A stretch of DNA of 60,265 nucleotides. Source: Candidatus Bathyarchaeia archaeon. GTDB lineage: Archaea > Thermoproteota > Bathyarchaeia > Bathyarchaeales > Bathycorpusculaceae. The first letter of the stretch is position 1; each line of letters opens with the position of its first letter. A program made the translations under genes and the position numbers. Positions 49,619 to 58,909 of this stretch are shown piece by piece. The notes under the pieces are model-generated. The model did not search any database. It was not told where the DNA came from and worked only from the letters and a program-made list of their open reading frames with translations. The stretch lies in contig JBEKBM010000019.1 in NCBI GenBank assembly GCA_050015395.1, forward strand, positions 1-60,265, read 5' to 3'.

Positions 49619-50788
49619 GTGCTTGGGCCAGAACATGAGTTTTCATTGGTAAACCAAGAACTAAAAGTTCTACCAGTCGCTGACAAAATCATAAAGGATT
49701 ACTGTGGAAAAATCATTAACTTCGTGGAGTTGCCCGCCTTCACCTTTGGGAAAGAGATGCAACTTCACGTAATGGAAGTAAAAGCGAACTCTCCCTTCAA
49801 ATCGCCTGCAGAATTTGAAGAGACAATGCAGAACGCTGTCTCAACCCTAAGCCAAATCGTGAACAAACAAGGTGCCCTGCTTCTTGGAACAGGCATGCAT
49901 CCTCTGCTTAAGCTAGAAGACACTGCTATCTGGCCCCACTATCACAGAAAAATCTATCAGGAATACGCCAAGATCTTCAACCTAAACCAGCATGGCTGGC
50001 TAAACATACAAAGCTTCCACTTAAACCTCCCATATCAAAAAGAAGCCGACGGCATACAAACGCATAATTTGCTTGCTAACTTGTGCGCTTACCTTCCGGC
50101 AATCAGTGCTTCCTCGCCAATCTATGAAGGCAAAACCGGTCCAGATGTCGACAACCGACTGCAATTCTACAAGATAAATCAGAGAGAAATCTCATCCGTA
50201 GCGGGTGAGGTCATCCCTGAATATGCTGACTCGTTTAGCCAGTATAAGCATGGTGTTATTGGGAGGTATTCCGAGGATTTAGCTAAAGCTGGCGCAGGCA
50301 AAACCCTGCTGTCAAGGGAATGGGTTAATTCAAGAGGCGTAATTTTCCGCTTTGACCGCTCAGCCCTTGAAATCCGTGTGATGGATGAGCAGGAATGCGT
50401 TAAATCCGATGTGGCTTTGAGCTGTTTCATACGTGCCACCCTCAGAGGCTTAATTGCCTTAAAGGCTGAGCTTTTACCGCATGACCTGTTAGTCAAAGAC
50501 TTCAACGCGGTAGTTAAGGAAGGGTTAAACGCTCAAGTCTCAAACCCTAACGGTAAAACAGCACGGCAAGTGTGCCAACGCTACTTTAACTTGGCTCATG
50601 AATATGCGGATGAAGACGAGAAAAGGTACCTGTGGATTATTAAGAAACGGCTAGAAAATGGCAGCCTATCTGAACTCTTACGGGACAGAGTCTTGAGGCG
50701 CGCGGAAAAAACCGATTTCCATCAAGCAGTCATAAACGTTTATTCAACGCTTATTAAGTGCCTCTCTGATAATGAACCATACTTCTAA
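49619..50788 (+). CDS. Glutamate-cysteine ligase family 2 (GCS2) carboxylate-amine ligase
   Basis: GPEHEF, EMQLHVME, GTGMHP, HGWLNIQSFHLNLP, SASSP, WVNSRG..RFDR.ALEIRVMDEQEC. Confidence 0.9.
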   Translation: MLGPEHEFSLVNQELKVLPVADKIIKDYCGKIINFVELPAFTFGKEMQLHVMEVKANSPFKSPAEFEETMQNAVSTLSQIVNKQGALLLGTGMHPLLKLEDTAIWPHYHRKIYQEYAKIFNLNQHGWLNIQSFHLNLPYQKEADGIQTHNLLANLCAYLPAISASSPIYEGKTGPDVDNRLQFYKINQREISSVAGEVIPEYADSFSQYKHGVIGRYSEDLAKAGAGKTLLSREWVNSRGVIFRFDRSALEIRVMDEQECVKSDVALSCFIRATLRGLIALKAELLPHDLLVKDFNAVVKEGLNAQVSNPNGKTARQVCQRYFNLAHEYADEDEKRYLWIIKKRLENGSLSELLRDRVLRRAEKTDFHQAVINVYSTLIKCLSDNEPYF

Positions 50789-50805
50789 AAAATGGTGCCA
50801 CCTTA

Positions 50806-51351
50806 ATGCCAAAAGACAACAATGGAGCAACTTATTCGTTTGATGTTTGTAGCCAATGCAAAATTATCTGCTGCCAAGACGCCAAACCGCCACTAAGCGA
50901 AAAACGAAAAAAAATAATAAAAGAATACCTGGAAAAGCAGAAGATTAACATTGAAAAACCATTCGCTAAAGAACACTATTCTTATCCCGCAGTTGACGAA
51001 CTTGTTTTCTGCAGGCTTTTCAGCAAGGAAACAGGAAAATGCTCGGTACACCCAGTCAAGCCTGAAACATGCAGGGCTGGACCCGTAACATTTGACATTA
51101 ACTTTTCCACCAAAAAAGTTGAATGGTTCCTAAAAAAACCTGAAATCTGCGCTTTCGCGGGCGTATTATACAGCAACAAAGTTGCCTTCAAGGACCATTT
51201 TGAGGTAGCTAAAAAGGAATTAACCCATCTTATCCGAGAATTAGATCCCGAAGATCTACGGGTAATCTTGAAGATTGAAGAACCACACGCCTTCAAAATC
51301 GGTGAGGACGACTTGCCTTCAGAAGTTGTAAGAAAACTTGGCTTGAAATAA
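50806..51351 (+). CDS. YkgJ-family cysteine-cluster protein
   Basis: CSQC..ICC ... C.LF.....CSVHPVKPETCRAGP. Confidence 0.88.
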   Translation: MPKDNNGATYSFDVCSQCKIICCQDAKPPLSEKRKKIIKEYLEKQKINIEKPFAKEHYSYPAVDELVFCRLFSKETGKCSVHPVKPETCRAGPVTFDINFSTKKVEWFLKKPEICAFAGVLYSNKVAFKDHFEVAKKELTHLIRELDPEDLRVILKIEEPHAFKIGEDDLPSEVVRKLGLK

Positions 51352-51353
51352 TC

Positions 51354-51692
51354 TCAAAGAAAGCCTGCATCCCTTAATTTTAACGCCAAACTCAGGTTTC
51401 CTTCAAAATGAATTTTACCCGTGAAAAAAGCTTTTGCTGTACTTAATTTTCCGTTTACAATGTGCATGAAATCGTTTTCTGCCATCTCCAACGTCAACGT
51501 GGGCGAAGGAGTGGTTCCTTCTCTAACCTGCACTTTTTGATCTTTTATAATGACCACCCAGTCGCCTCCTTTTGCACCAGTTAAGTTTAATTGAGCTACA
51601 ACATCGATGCCCGCTGCTTTTTCAGGTTTGAATCTGACTGGTAACATTTTTTCGAAGAATTCCTTAGGAGTTTTAGCTTCCATCATTTTCAA
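51354..51692 (-). CDS. SCP2 sterol/lipid-carrier domain protein
   Basis: GGDW.V.IKD, DF..IVNGKL....AFFTGKI..EGNL.LA.KL. Confidence 0.88.
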   Translation of the reverse strand: MKMMEAKTPKEFFEKMLPVRFKPEKAAGIDVVAQLNLTGAKGGDWVVIIKDQKVQVREGTTPSPTLTLEMAENDFMHIVNGKLSTAKAFFTGKIHFEGNLSLALKLRDAGFL

Positions 51693-51746
51693 CTCATGTA
51701 TCTCGTATTTTACAAGAGGTTAGGTTATTGAACCTTATTGAATGAC

Positions 51747-52505
51747 TTATCTGAAGAGGTCTTTTTCTTTTGGTCTAGTGAGTTCGGTTGCTGAGGCGTT
51801 TTCAGTTGTTTGGTAATTGTACCCTCGGATAATGGCGGCTGGTACTCCTTCATTCGCTTGGCCAATCACAAGTTCCGCTGCAGAGGACAACTCGTCGGCG
51901 ATGGCGGTTTGTTTTATTCGAAGAACATACCCAAACAGGTCTTTTTCGCCTCGTCTATCTCTAATAGGCTTGATTCCTGCGATGCCAACTGCCACGTTTA
52001 TTTCCCCCATGCGGAAGGGTCTTCCATGCGTATCAGAAACGATTACTGCAACGTTGGCTCCTGTTAACCGTTTTATTTCTTGTCTTATGGTTTGTGCGGA
52101 CGCGTTTGGGTTTTTTGGCAGTGGCACAACGTTTCTGTCGCCTGAAACGTTAGATCTGTCTACTCCGGCATTAGCACAAATTATTCCGCTTTTGGTTTCT
52201 GTTATGATGCTGTTTTGGCCTATTCGAACTATTTCTTTGGTTTCTTTGAGGATAACCTCAACTAATGCAGGGTCTTTGTTTGTTTGTTGCGCTATTTCTT
52301 TTGCTTTTTCTGAAGGTGTGATTTCGTCAAGGTTGATTATGTTTCCCTCGGCTTTTGAAACGGCTACGTGAGTGACAACGATTACGTCCTTATCTTGTAT
52401 GGGTGTTTTCTGCTTTTTTGCAGCATTAACTATTAGTTCAGCTATATTGTTCCCTTTCTGTATTAACGGTAAACCTTCAACTGCAATTACTTTTACCGGT
52501 TCCAT
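51747..52505 (-). CDS. cofE: Coenzyme F420-0:L-glutamate ligase
   Basis: VSKAEG, CANAGVDRSN, DTHGRPFR.G, D.RG..D.FG, ADEL.SAA.L..G. Confidence 0.96.
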   Translation of the reverse strand: MEPVKVIAVEGLPLIQKGNNIAELIVNAAKKQKTPIQDKDVIVVTHVAVSKAEGNIINLDEITPSEKAKEIAQQTNKDPALVEVILKETKEIVRIGQNSIITETKSGIICANAGVDRSNVSGDRNVVPLPKNPNASAQTIRQEIKRLTGANVAVIVSDTHGRPFRMGEINVAVGIAGIKPIRDRRGEKDLFGYVLRIKQTAIADELSSAAELVIGQANEGVPAAIIRGYNYQTTENASATELTRPKEKDLFR

Positions 52506-52881
52506 GCTTATGTCCTCATGAATAATAGGTGGCTACTTATGCACATTCACTTTAAAGTTTATCTGCATTTAAAGTCAAAAGCGGCGTGCAAGCCAGCTTT
52601 TTGAAAATATTTTACGACATGCTTTTTCAAGCCATCAAGTAATTTCTGTTCGTTTAGGAGTGAACCAAGGATAGATTATCCTAAATTAGTTGAGTTGGTT
52701 CCCGCTGAGAAGTTGGAACCATTATCTGATCAACTAATAATCTTTCGTTCTGCTTAAAAGAAAATGAGGCTGCCATCACCTTAAACGATAAAGCTTAAGC
52801 ATCATGAAAAAACGAAAAAAGAATTAGAAAGAAACAAGATGAAAAGACAGTTAAGGATGCATTTTTGCATTGATTAGCTGT

Positions 52882-53607
52882 TTAGCTCCTGAACTTTTGG
52901 AGCTTTCGTAGCATCTCTTTGTCGCCTTCGGCGTCTCCGGCACAGGTTGCAATTATGCCGTCTACGAGGCCATTGAGCCTTGCTGCTTTTTCTTCAACCG
53001 TATCCATGGTTGCGGCGGTTGGCCACCCGATCATTTTAACTGTTTCTACGTTTTTGGCTGTTCCCACTAGGAAGTATGCGTAGATTGGCTTGTTTAGTTT
53101 CTTGCATTCTGCTGCTACTTGCTCTAGGATTGGGAAGGATTTGTCTTCTAGCCTCATGAAGTAGATAAAGTCCCATGGCTCTCTCACACGGGCAAGGGTT
53201 TCCTCTACAGATCGCCGTGCTGTCAGTAAACAGCCTAGCTTTAGGTTCTTAGTTTTCACCGTGTTACGTATGAAGTCTCGGGCTTCCTCAGAGGACGCCA
53301 ACATTTTTATGGGCTCTCCGTACTTGGGTTTGTCGCCCATGGTAACTGCCAAACCGTCGAGACCTATAACGTCTGCAGCCAATGCTAAACCTCCTACTTC
53401 GACCGGTCCTTTGTAGTGCAGTATAAATATTGGTACAATTATTTTCTCAGGATATTTAGATTTGAGGACGCAACTTACAACTGTACCGCTTGGAGCTGGA
53501 AAACCAGCGGCGCTATCAGTAACGTTCCATCCATCAACTAGATCTTTGATTTCATCTGCAAGCTTTAAAAATTTGCGTGTGGGAACAAACTCATTTAGTA
53601 TTTTCAC
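52882..53607 (-). CDS. Short methylenetetrahydrofolate-reductase-like protein
   Basis: E..P, NVTDS..G, ...G....AVTMGD.PKYG resemble MetF N-terminal motifs; C-terminus divergent. Confidence 0.65.
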   Translation of the reverse strand: MKILNEFVPTRKFLKLADEIKDLVDGWNVTDSAAGFPAPSGTVVSCVLKSKYPEKIIVPIFILHYKGPVEVGGLALAADVIGLDGLAVTMGDKPKYGEPIKMLASSEEARDFIRNTVKTKNLKLGCLLTARRSVEETLARVREPWDFIYFMRLEDKSFPILEQVAAECKKLNKPIYAYFLVGTAKNVETVKMIGWPTAATMDTVEEKAARLNGLVDGIIATCAGDAEGDKEMLRKLQKFRS

Positions 53608-53823
53608 AGAGATGTCATCTCGGCTAAAGCTTAACTAGGTTTGGATTAAAAAATCTTTTGCATACCCTGCTGTTTTGCTCTAAATAAATGAAGGCAAATT
53701 ATTTTTGTGTTAACATAAATGTTGACTTTGAGCCTTTAAGGTGTACATCTAAAAATTTTTAGGCTACAACAAACAATTCAATAATACCAGTTTCGTTGTC
53801 CACGATGCAGCGTATCTGGCGGC

Positions 53824-54504
53824 TTGGACATGTTTGTTTACGCGGTTGTAGTCGTCAAGGGCTTAGGCACCTCAAAGAAGCGTCTTTCTTCAGTTCTAAG
53901 TCCGCAGGAACGTAGACAATTGACGCTGGCTATGCTGGAAGACGTTTTAAGTGCACTGCAGACCTCGACTGTTAACGAAATTGTCGTCGTCAGCAACGAT
54001 TTTTCACTGAGGAATTTTACAAACAAATATCGTGCTACACACCTTGTCCAGAAAACCAGTGGTCTGAACCCCGCGGTCGAAGAGGCGACTGAATGGTGCA
54101 TGCAGAATGGGGCAGAAGCCGTGCTCATACTGCCCGCCGACATCCCGCTGCTGTCTTCCATGGATGTGGACAAGATTGTTGAGTTGGGAAATTGTGAAGA
54201 GCAAACCGTTGTGTTGTCTCCTTCCTACGATGGTGGTACGAATGCTCTTTTCCAGAGTCCGCCAAACCTGATTCATGTGTGTTTTGGACCAAGAAGCTTC
54301 ACGGAGCACATCAAAGAGGCACAAAGCAAAGGCGTCTGCGTGAGACTTCATTACTCAACAAGTGTGGCTGCGGACATCGATTCTGCCGAAGACCTGAGCA
54401 AGTTGCTCAAAACAGAAAGCAACACTGTGTGCCGGCGGGTTTTGGGCCAGTTCAACATGGAAAGTCGTGTAGGTGAAGTAGTTTCGCGGTCAAAACTGCC
54501 ATAG
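53824..54504 (+). CDS. cofC: 2-phospho-L-lactate guanylyltransferase
   Basis: K.L..SK.RLS.VLSP.ER..L..AML.DV, GLNPA, ADIPL, DGGTNAL, DIDSAEDL. Confidence 0.93.
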   Translation: MDMFVYAVVVVKGLGTSKKRLSSVLSPQERRQLTLAMLEDVLSALQTSTVNEIVVVSNDFSLRNFTNKYRATHLVQKTSGLNPAVEEATEWCMQNGAEAVLILPADIPLLSSMDVDKIVELGNCEEQTVVLSPSYDGGTNALFQSPPNLIHVCFGPRSFTEHIKEAQSKGVCVRLHYSTSVAADIDSAEDLSKLLKTESNTVCRRVLGQFNMESRVGEVVSRSKLP

Positions 54505-54590
54505 AATTTGCGAAAGATGATGTAGTGCGGGACTGGAAAAAGTGTCTCACAAAATGTGAGGAAAAGGGGATTCCTAGGTTTTTCTGCGTT

Positions 54591-55652
54591 TTACTGTTTT
54601 GGCTGAGCTTGGGCGGCTGCGGCTGCATCGTGTTTTTTCTTCGATAGCTTAAGCAGTAGCCCCTTCGAGAAGGCTCCTTCCTCCAGCGGCTTTGATTCTA
54701 GGAATCCTGTTTTTTCGGCGTTTGTAAATAGTTCTTCGCCTTTTTCTGTGCGAATAATCGTAAACGTCCAGCCGTCAAGTCCCAGTCCGCCGACTGAGAT
54801 GTCTGCGAGTTCGGAGCTGAAGTCTTCGCATACGCTGCAGCTTTTTCTGACATACTGTTTTATGTCTGCAAGGGGAATAGCTGTGGTTCCTGAAGGCGTA
54901 GTTACAAGCATTTTCCCTTTAATGTTCATTTTTGTAATGTCGTTCAGGTTGATGCCGAGTTTGCCTTTAATGTGGGTTTCCATGAGCCCTTCGTAATCAA
55001 AGCATTCCGAGCACATAAGCCCAACAAGATACTTGATTGGAGCGCTATACCTTTTAACGCCGTTCACCTGCATTTTTCTGACAGCCTGAATCTGGCATGG
55101 TGTGCCTACGAACGCAATTTGAGTCTTTTTCTGCTTAATCACTTCTGGCAAAGCAAGAAGCGCAGAGGAACACGAGTACTTTGTCCCTGCTGACTCAATA
55201 ATTTTCTCAGGCGACGTGGCAAGAATCGGGACAGGAAGGAAGGGTCTTTCTTGGCTTTTCCCCGAAACAACGGCTCCATCGATTAGTCCGCTCTGTAAAG
55301 CAGCTACCAACATTGCGGTGGCGGCTCCCCCATCTTGACGAGCTTTCTGGATATCCGTCGGTTTTGCTTGAGCGATGGCTATTCGGCGGAAAACTCCGAA
55401 TTCCTCTTCAGGTTTTCTTACCCTGCCGAAAACGAAGTCCTCGGCTTTTGCCATTGCCCAGTTGTATCGCGGGCAGGCTTGGGCGCATATGCCGCAGACC
55501 TTGCATTCTTTCACCACATTGGGTTTTCCCTTGGCAAGTTCAAGGCTGCCGAAGGGGCAGACGACGACACATGTGCCGCAGCTTGCGCATTTTCCGGTTT
55601 CAACAACTTCAGTTAACAAGGAGTTCTCAAAGCCAATCTTTTTGGAGCTCAT
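54591..55652 (-). CDS. F420-binding FrhB/FpoF-family subunit with N-terminal ferredoxin domain
   Basis: CASCGTC..CP, C..CGIC...CP, QDGG..T, GTKY, VGTPCQ, GLMC, C..C.DF..ELADISVG. Confidence 0.92.
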   Translation of the reverse strand: MSSKKIGFENSLLTEVVETGKCASCGTCVVVCPFGSLELAKGKPNVVKECKVCGICAQACPRYNWAMAKAEDFVFGRVRKPEEEFGVFRRIAIAQAKPTDIQKARQDGGAATAMLVAALQSGLIDGAVVSGKSQERPFLPVPILATSPEKIIESAGTKYSCSSALLALPEVIKQKKTQIAFVGTPCQIQAVRKMQVNGVKRYSAPIKYLVGLMCSECFDYEGLMETHIKGKLGINLNDITKMNIKGKMLVTTPSGTTAIPLADIKQYVRKSCSVCEDFSSELADISVGGLGLDGWTFTIIRTEKGEELFTNAEKTGFLESKPLEEGAFSKGLLLKLSKKKHDAAAAAQAQPKQ

Positions 55653-55851
55653 AATGATAGCATATAGAATTGATTCTATTTAAATTTTAAACGTTTATCC
55701 CTTCAGCCGCTGATTTTTGCCTTCGACTTGTGTTGGCACAGCCTATCACTCAGTCTACTATATGAGCGAAATAGGCTCCAGGTATGCTTCTATCTTTGAT
55801 AAGCGTAAAGTGAATGTTAGGGTTAGTTAGTGCATCTTGTAAGATCTGTCA

Positions 55852-56842
55852 TTAGAAGGTATAGAGGTTGCCTACGCTGTTAAAGACAAAGGCATCTGGT
55901 AATGCATTAGCGATGGCAAACAATCCTCTCCAACCAGTGCAGTGCGATGGGACTATCCGCTTGGGATTTATCTGTTTCAGCTCTATGACCGTTTGCTCAA
56001 TCTTGCTCTCATTTTCTTTTCCAGCCAAATGGAAACCGCCCAACACAGCGTATACATCTGTGACTCCGCTAATTTTCTGTATGTACCGTATTGTATTGAT
56101 GATACCAGCATGAGCGCACCCAGAAACCACAACTAACCCTTTTCCCTTAACGTGAATGGCTATAGCACGATCATCCAAAATCCAAGGATCAGGCTTCCAT
56201 GATTGATCTTCGAGGGCTTTATGTTGTATGATGTTGTATGTATCCTTTTTCAAAGCTTGTTTCCCGCGGGATTTCTCCTGTCACAAGTAGCATATCGTTA
56301 ACGAATAGTTGAGGCTGCTTTGTGTTAATTAGCTGAGCAGTGCTCAGTTCTTCTTTTGTTGGGAATGCTGGGTAAACGTGAATTGCATCTTTGTTCGCTG
56401 TTCTTCTTGTCTTGAACATGTCTTCATGAACAATTACAGGTAAGTTATTTTTTCCAATTGCTTTCAAGACATATAGCAATCCACCGAAATGGTCATAATG
56501 TCCGTGAGACAAGACAATGCGCTCTATTTCGGCTAGGTTCAAGCCTAAGCGGTTTGCGTTTTCAATAACTCCATCAGGACTGCACCCTGTGTCAAACAGG
56601 ATGCAAGTGGATTTTCCTTCATAAAAGAGGCGTACCAACATCGAAAATCCGTGTTCGGCTTCGGGCAGTTTGGAATGCGTTTGTGCCCATTCTTCGCCAT
56701 AACGCGTCTTAGTCCATTGCTTGAAAGAGTGTGCGTCTTTCTGGTTGATGCTGGAGAGAAGGTCTATAGAGTTATCCACTAGGCTGATTATTTCAACGCC
56801 GTCGGCTTGCTTAAATTTTGCATATTTAAACCCAGCGTTCAT
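55852..56842 (-). pseudogene. MBL-fold metallohydrolase frameshifted by a 10 bp tandem duplication
   Basis: AEHGFS, FDTG, SHGHYDHFGG in the 5' part; DD, SGCAHAG, GGFHL, HCTG in the 3' part; ATGTTGTATG twice at 56221-56240. Confidence 0.9.
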
Positions 56843-56855
56843 ACAGGCTTCCCTG

Positions 56856-57425
56856 CTATAGTGTGCCTTTATATTTGTTGGTTGTTGGGCAACCGACGCA
56901 TTTTTGTTGTTCATATCGGATGCATGGGTTGCAGTCTACACTGCAAGGGGTGACTGGGGTTCCTTTGTGCGCCAAGTTTTCTCTTATTTGCAGGTAAGGC
57001 GAGAAATAGGTGTTGCTTATGGGGTAAAACTCTGACCTGCGTATTCCAGGGCCACTTCGCATTGAACATTTTTCCATCGATATGCTTTCAAGAGTTTCTG
57101 AGTTTTCTGCAAAAACTATGGCGATTAGGTTGTAACCGCCTACTGTTTTGAAGATTTGGATTACTCGGGGGCAGTCTTTGAATCTTTCGAGCAGGTTTTT
57201 CATTGCTTCAGCATTTTCCATTTCCAGCATTACGATTGCTGGGTGTAGTCCAAGCGCAGTTGGGTTTAGCAGAGCTGATACTTTGATTGTGCCCTTTTTT
57301 ACTAGTTTTTCAAGCCTTTTCTTGGTTCCCATGCTTGTGAATCCTGTATTTTTGGCTAATTCTTGCAGTGTCGTTCTGCCGTCAGTTTGTAGTTGCGCTA
57401 TTATTTTTCTATCAATTTCGTCCAA
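56856..57425 (-). CDS. Lrp/AsnC regulator with C-terminal Cys cluster
   Basis: DEIDRKII..LQ.DGR HTH; PCSVDCNPC.RY....CVGCP tail. Confidence 0.9.
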   Translation of the reverse strand: MDEIDRKIIAQLQTDGRTTLQELAKNTGFTSMGTKKRLEKLVKKGTIKVSALLNPTALGLHPAIVMLEMENAEAMKNLLERFKDCPRVIQIFKTVGGYNLIAIVFAENSETLESISMEKCSMRSGPGIRRSEFYPISNTYFSPYLQIRENLAHKGTPVTPCSVDCNPCIRYEQQKCVGCPTTNKYKGTL

Positions 57426-57434
57426 GTTAGCTCA

Positions 57435-57486
57435 CGAGTTTATTTTATAAACGATATGTATTAATATTGTTTACGGAATAAACTTG
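57435..57486. promoter_or_regulatory. Long imperfect inverted repeat in a divergent promoter
   Basis: AGTTTATT..TAAACGATAT-GTATTA-ATATTGTTTA..AATAAACT. Confidence 0.55.
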
Positions 57487-57518
57487 CTTAGAGAAAAACA
57501 AACTGAGGGTTCAAGAAC

Positions 57519-57902
57519 TTGGTTAAAAGGATTGTAATTCCAGTAGAGGATAAATTAGGTTTGGAAGGGCATGTTGCACAGCACTTCGGAAGAACGCCCT
57601 ATTTTGCCGTGGTTGATCTTGATGAAAAAGGTCAAGTTCTAAGCGTTAAAACAGAGCCTAACACGGGAGAGCACATGGGTGGCACTGGTCATCCGCACGA
57701 TAGCTTACTTGCGTTGAAGCCAGATGTTATAATAGCTTGTGGTATGGGTCCAGTAGGTCTGCGTAGTTTTCAGAATTCCGGCGTTACGGTGCTCAAAGCC
57801 GTTGATGCTACGGTTAAGGGAACGATTAATTCTTTCAAAGAAGGTAAGCTCACGGAACTTGCAGGCGGATGTGAACATGCGCATCATCACCATGAAGAAT
57901 GA
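57519..57902 (+). CDS. NifB/NifX-family protein with His-rich tail
   Basis: HFGRTPYFAVVD, DVII..GMG, CEHAHHHHEE. Confidence 0.9.
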   Translation: MVKRIVIPVEDKLGLEGHVAQHFGRTPYFAVVDLDEKGQVLSVKTEPNTGEHMGGTGHPHDSLLALKPDVIIACGMGPVGLRSFQNSGVTVLKAVDATVKGTINSFKEGKLTELAGGCEHAHHHHEE

Positions 57903-57952
57903 TAGTCAATTTTATTTTATGAAAGTAAGAAAAAGGGTTAAGAGGTGAAAAA

Positions 57953-58369
57953 ATGCCCAAAATCAAGGCTAAAGCAACTTGGGTTGAAAACGTCCGCTCA
58001 ATAGTTGATAACCAAAGAACACATAGTGTAGTCTGCGATATGTCTACAACTGCAGGAGGAACAGACATGGGTCCAACAGCGCTGGAACTAAGTATGATGG
58101 CTCTAGCCGACTGCGGTGTCACAATCTTCGCTGATGTCTGCAAGAAAAGTAACATCCAGCCCAGCAAGGTCGAGGTAACCGTTGAAGCCGATAAGGCACC
58201 TGACTCGCCGGCTGTAACAGGCCTAACCATGAAAGTTAACGTTGTTTCAAAAGCCAGAAAAGAACTCGTAGAGGCCGCATGGAGACGCACAGAAGCAAAC
58301 TGTCCTGTCCTGATTATCTTCAAAGACCCAACTCCAGTCAAAGTCGAATTCGAAAGCACAACCGAATAA
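57953..58369 (+). CDS. OsmC/YhfA-family protein
   Basis: D.....GGTD.GPTALEL...ALADC ... CPV. Confidence 0.88.
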   Translation: MPKIKAKATWVENVRSIVDNQRTHSVVCDMSTTAGGTDMGPTALELSMMALADCGVTIFADVCKKSNIQPSKVEVTVEADKAPDSPAVTGLTMKVNVVSKARKELVEAAWRRTEANCPVLIIFKDPTPVKVEFESTTE

Positions 58370-58449
58370 ACTAACCTGCACTGGGAAGCCTGCGAGAAGT
58401 CGCAGCCTCCTCGGTTATACGCCGTTAGTGCCTTTCTAATCAATTGTTT

Positions 58450-58734
58450 CTATAATTTTTTTGCTACCTCGCTTAAGGGTTGTACCGGTCTGATTTCTAC
58501 TTTCATAGGACCAAAGAATTTGGCGATTTTTTCATCATCGGCTGCATCTATTGTGAAGAAGCCTTTGTGGTCTACTGATGTATCTGCGGGGCAGCTCATA
58601 TAAGCTGCGACTAAATTGACGCCTGATTTTTTGATGTTTTCGTTGAAGAACAGGTGCTTAACCATGGCTTTACCTTCCATGCTCAACAGGGGACATTGAG
58701 CAGCAGGATGAGTATGAGTTGCTTCATATAACAA
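58450..58734 (-). CDS. Small hypothetical protein with HTH..QCP motif (possible metal binding)
   Basis: ATHTHPAAQCP ... DHKGFFTIDA; AGGAGAGG RBS upstream. Confidence 0.65.
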   Translation of the reverse strand: MLYEATHTHPAAQCPLLSMEGKAMVKHLFFNENIKKSGVNLVAAYMSCPADTSVDHKGFFTIDAADDEKIAKFFGPMKVEIRPVQPLSEVAKKL

Positions 58735-58909
58735 CTAAATCCTCTCCTACATTTTTAAGACTTAAAAAACAGTTTTTGTTTGGTTTAGTACCATTATCTC
58801 TTTTGGCGTCCAGAGATTTAAAATTTCTCTAAAGGTTCAGGTTGAATTATTTTTTTCTGAAGAAATGTAAATTAATGTTTACTTAACTGTATTTGTATGT
58901 GTGAATTGA

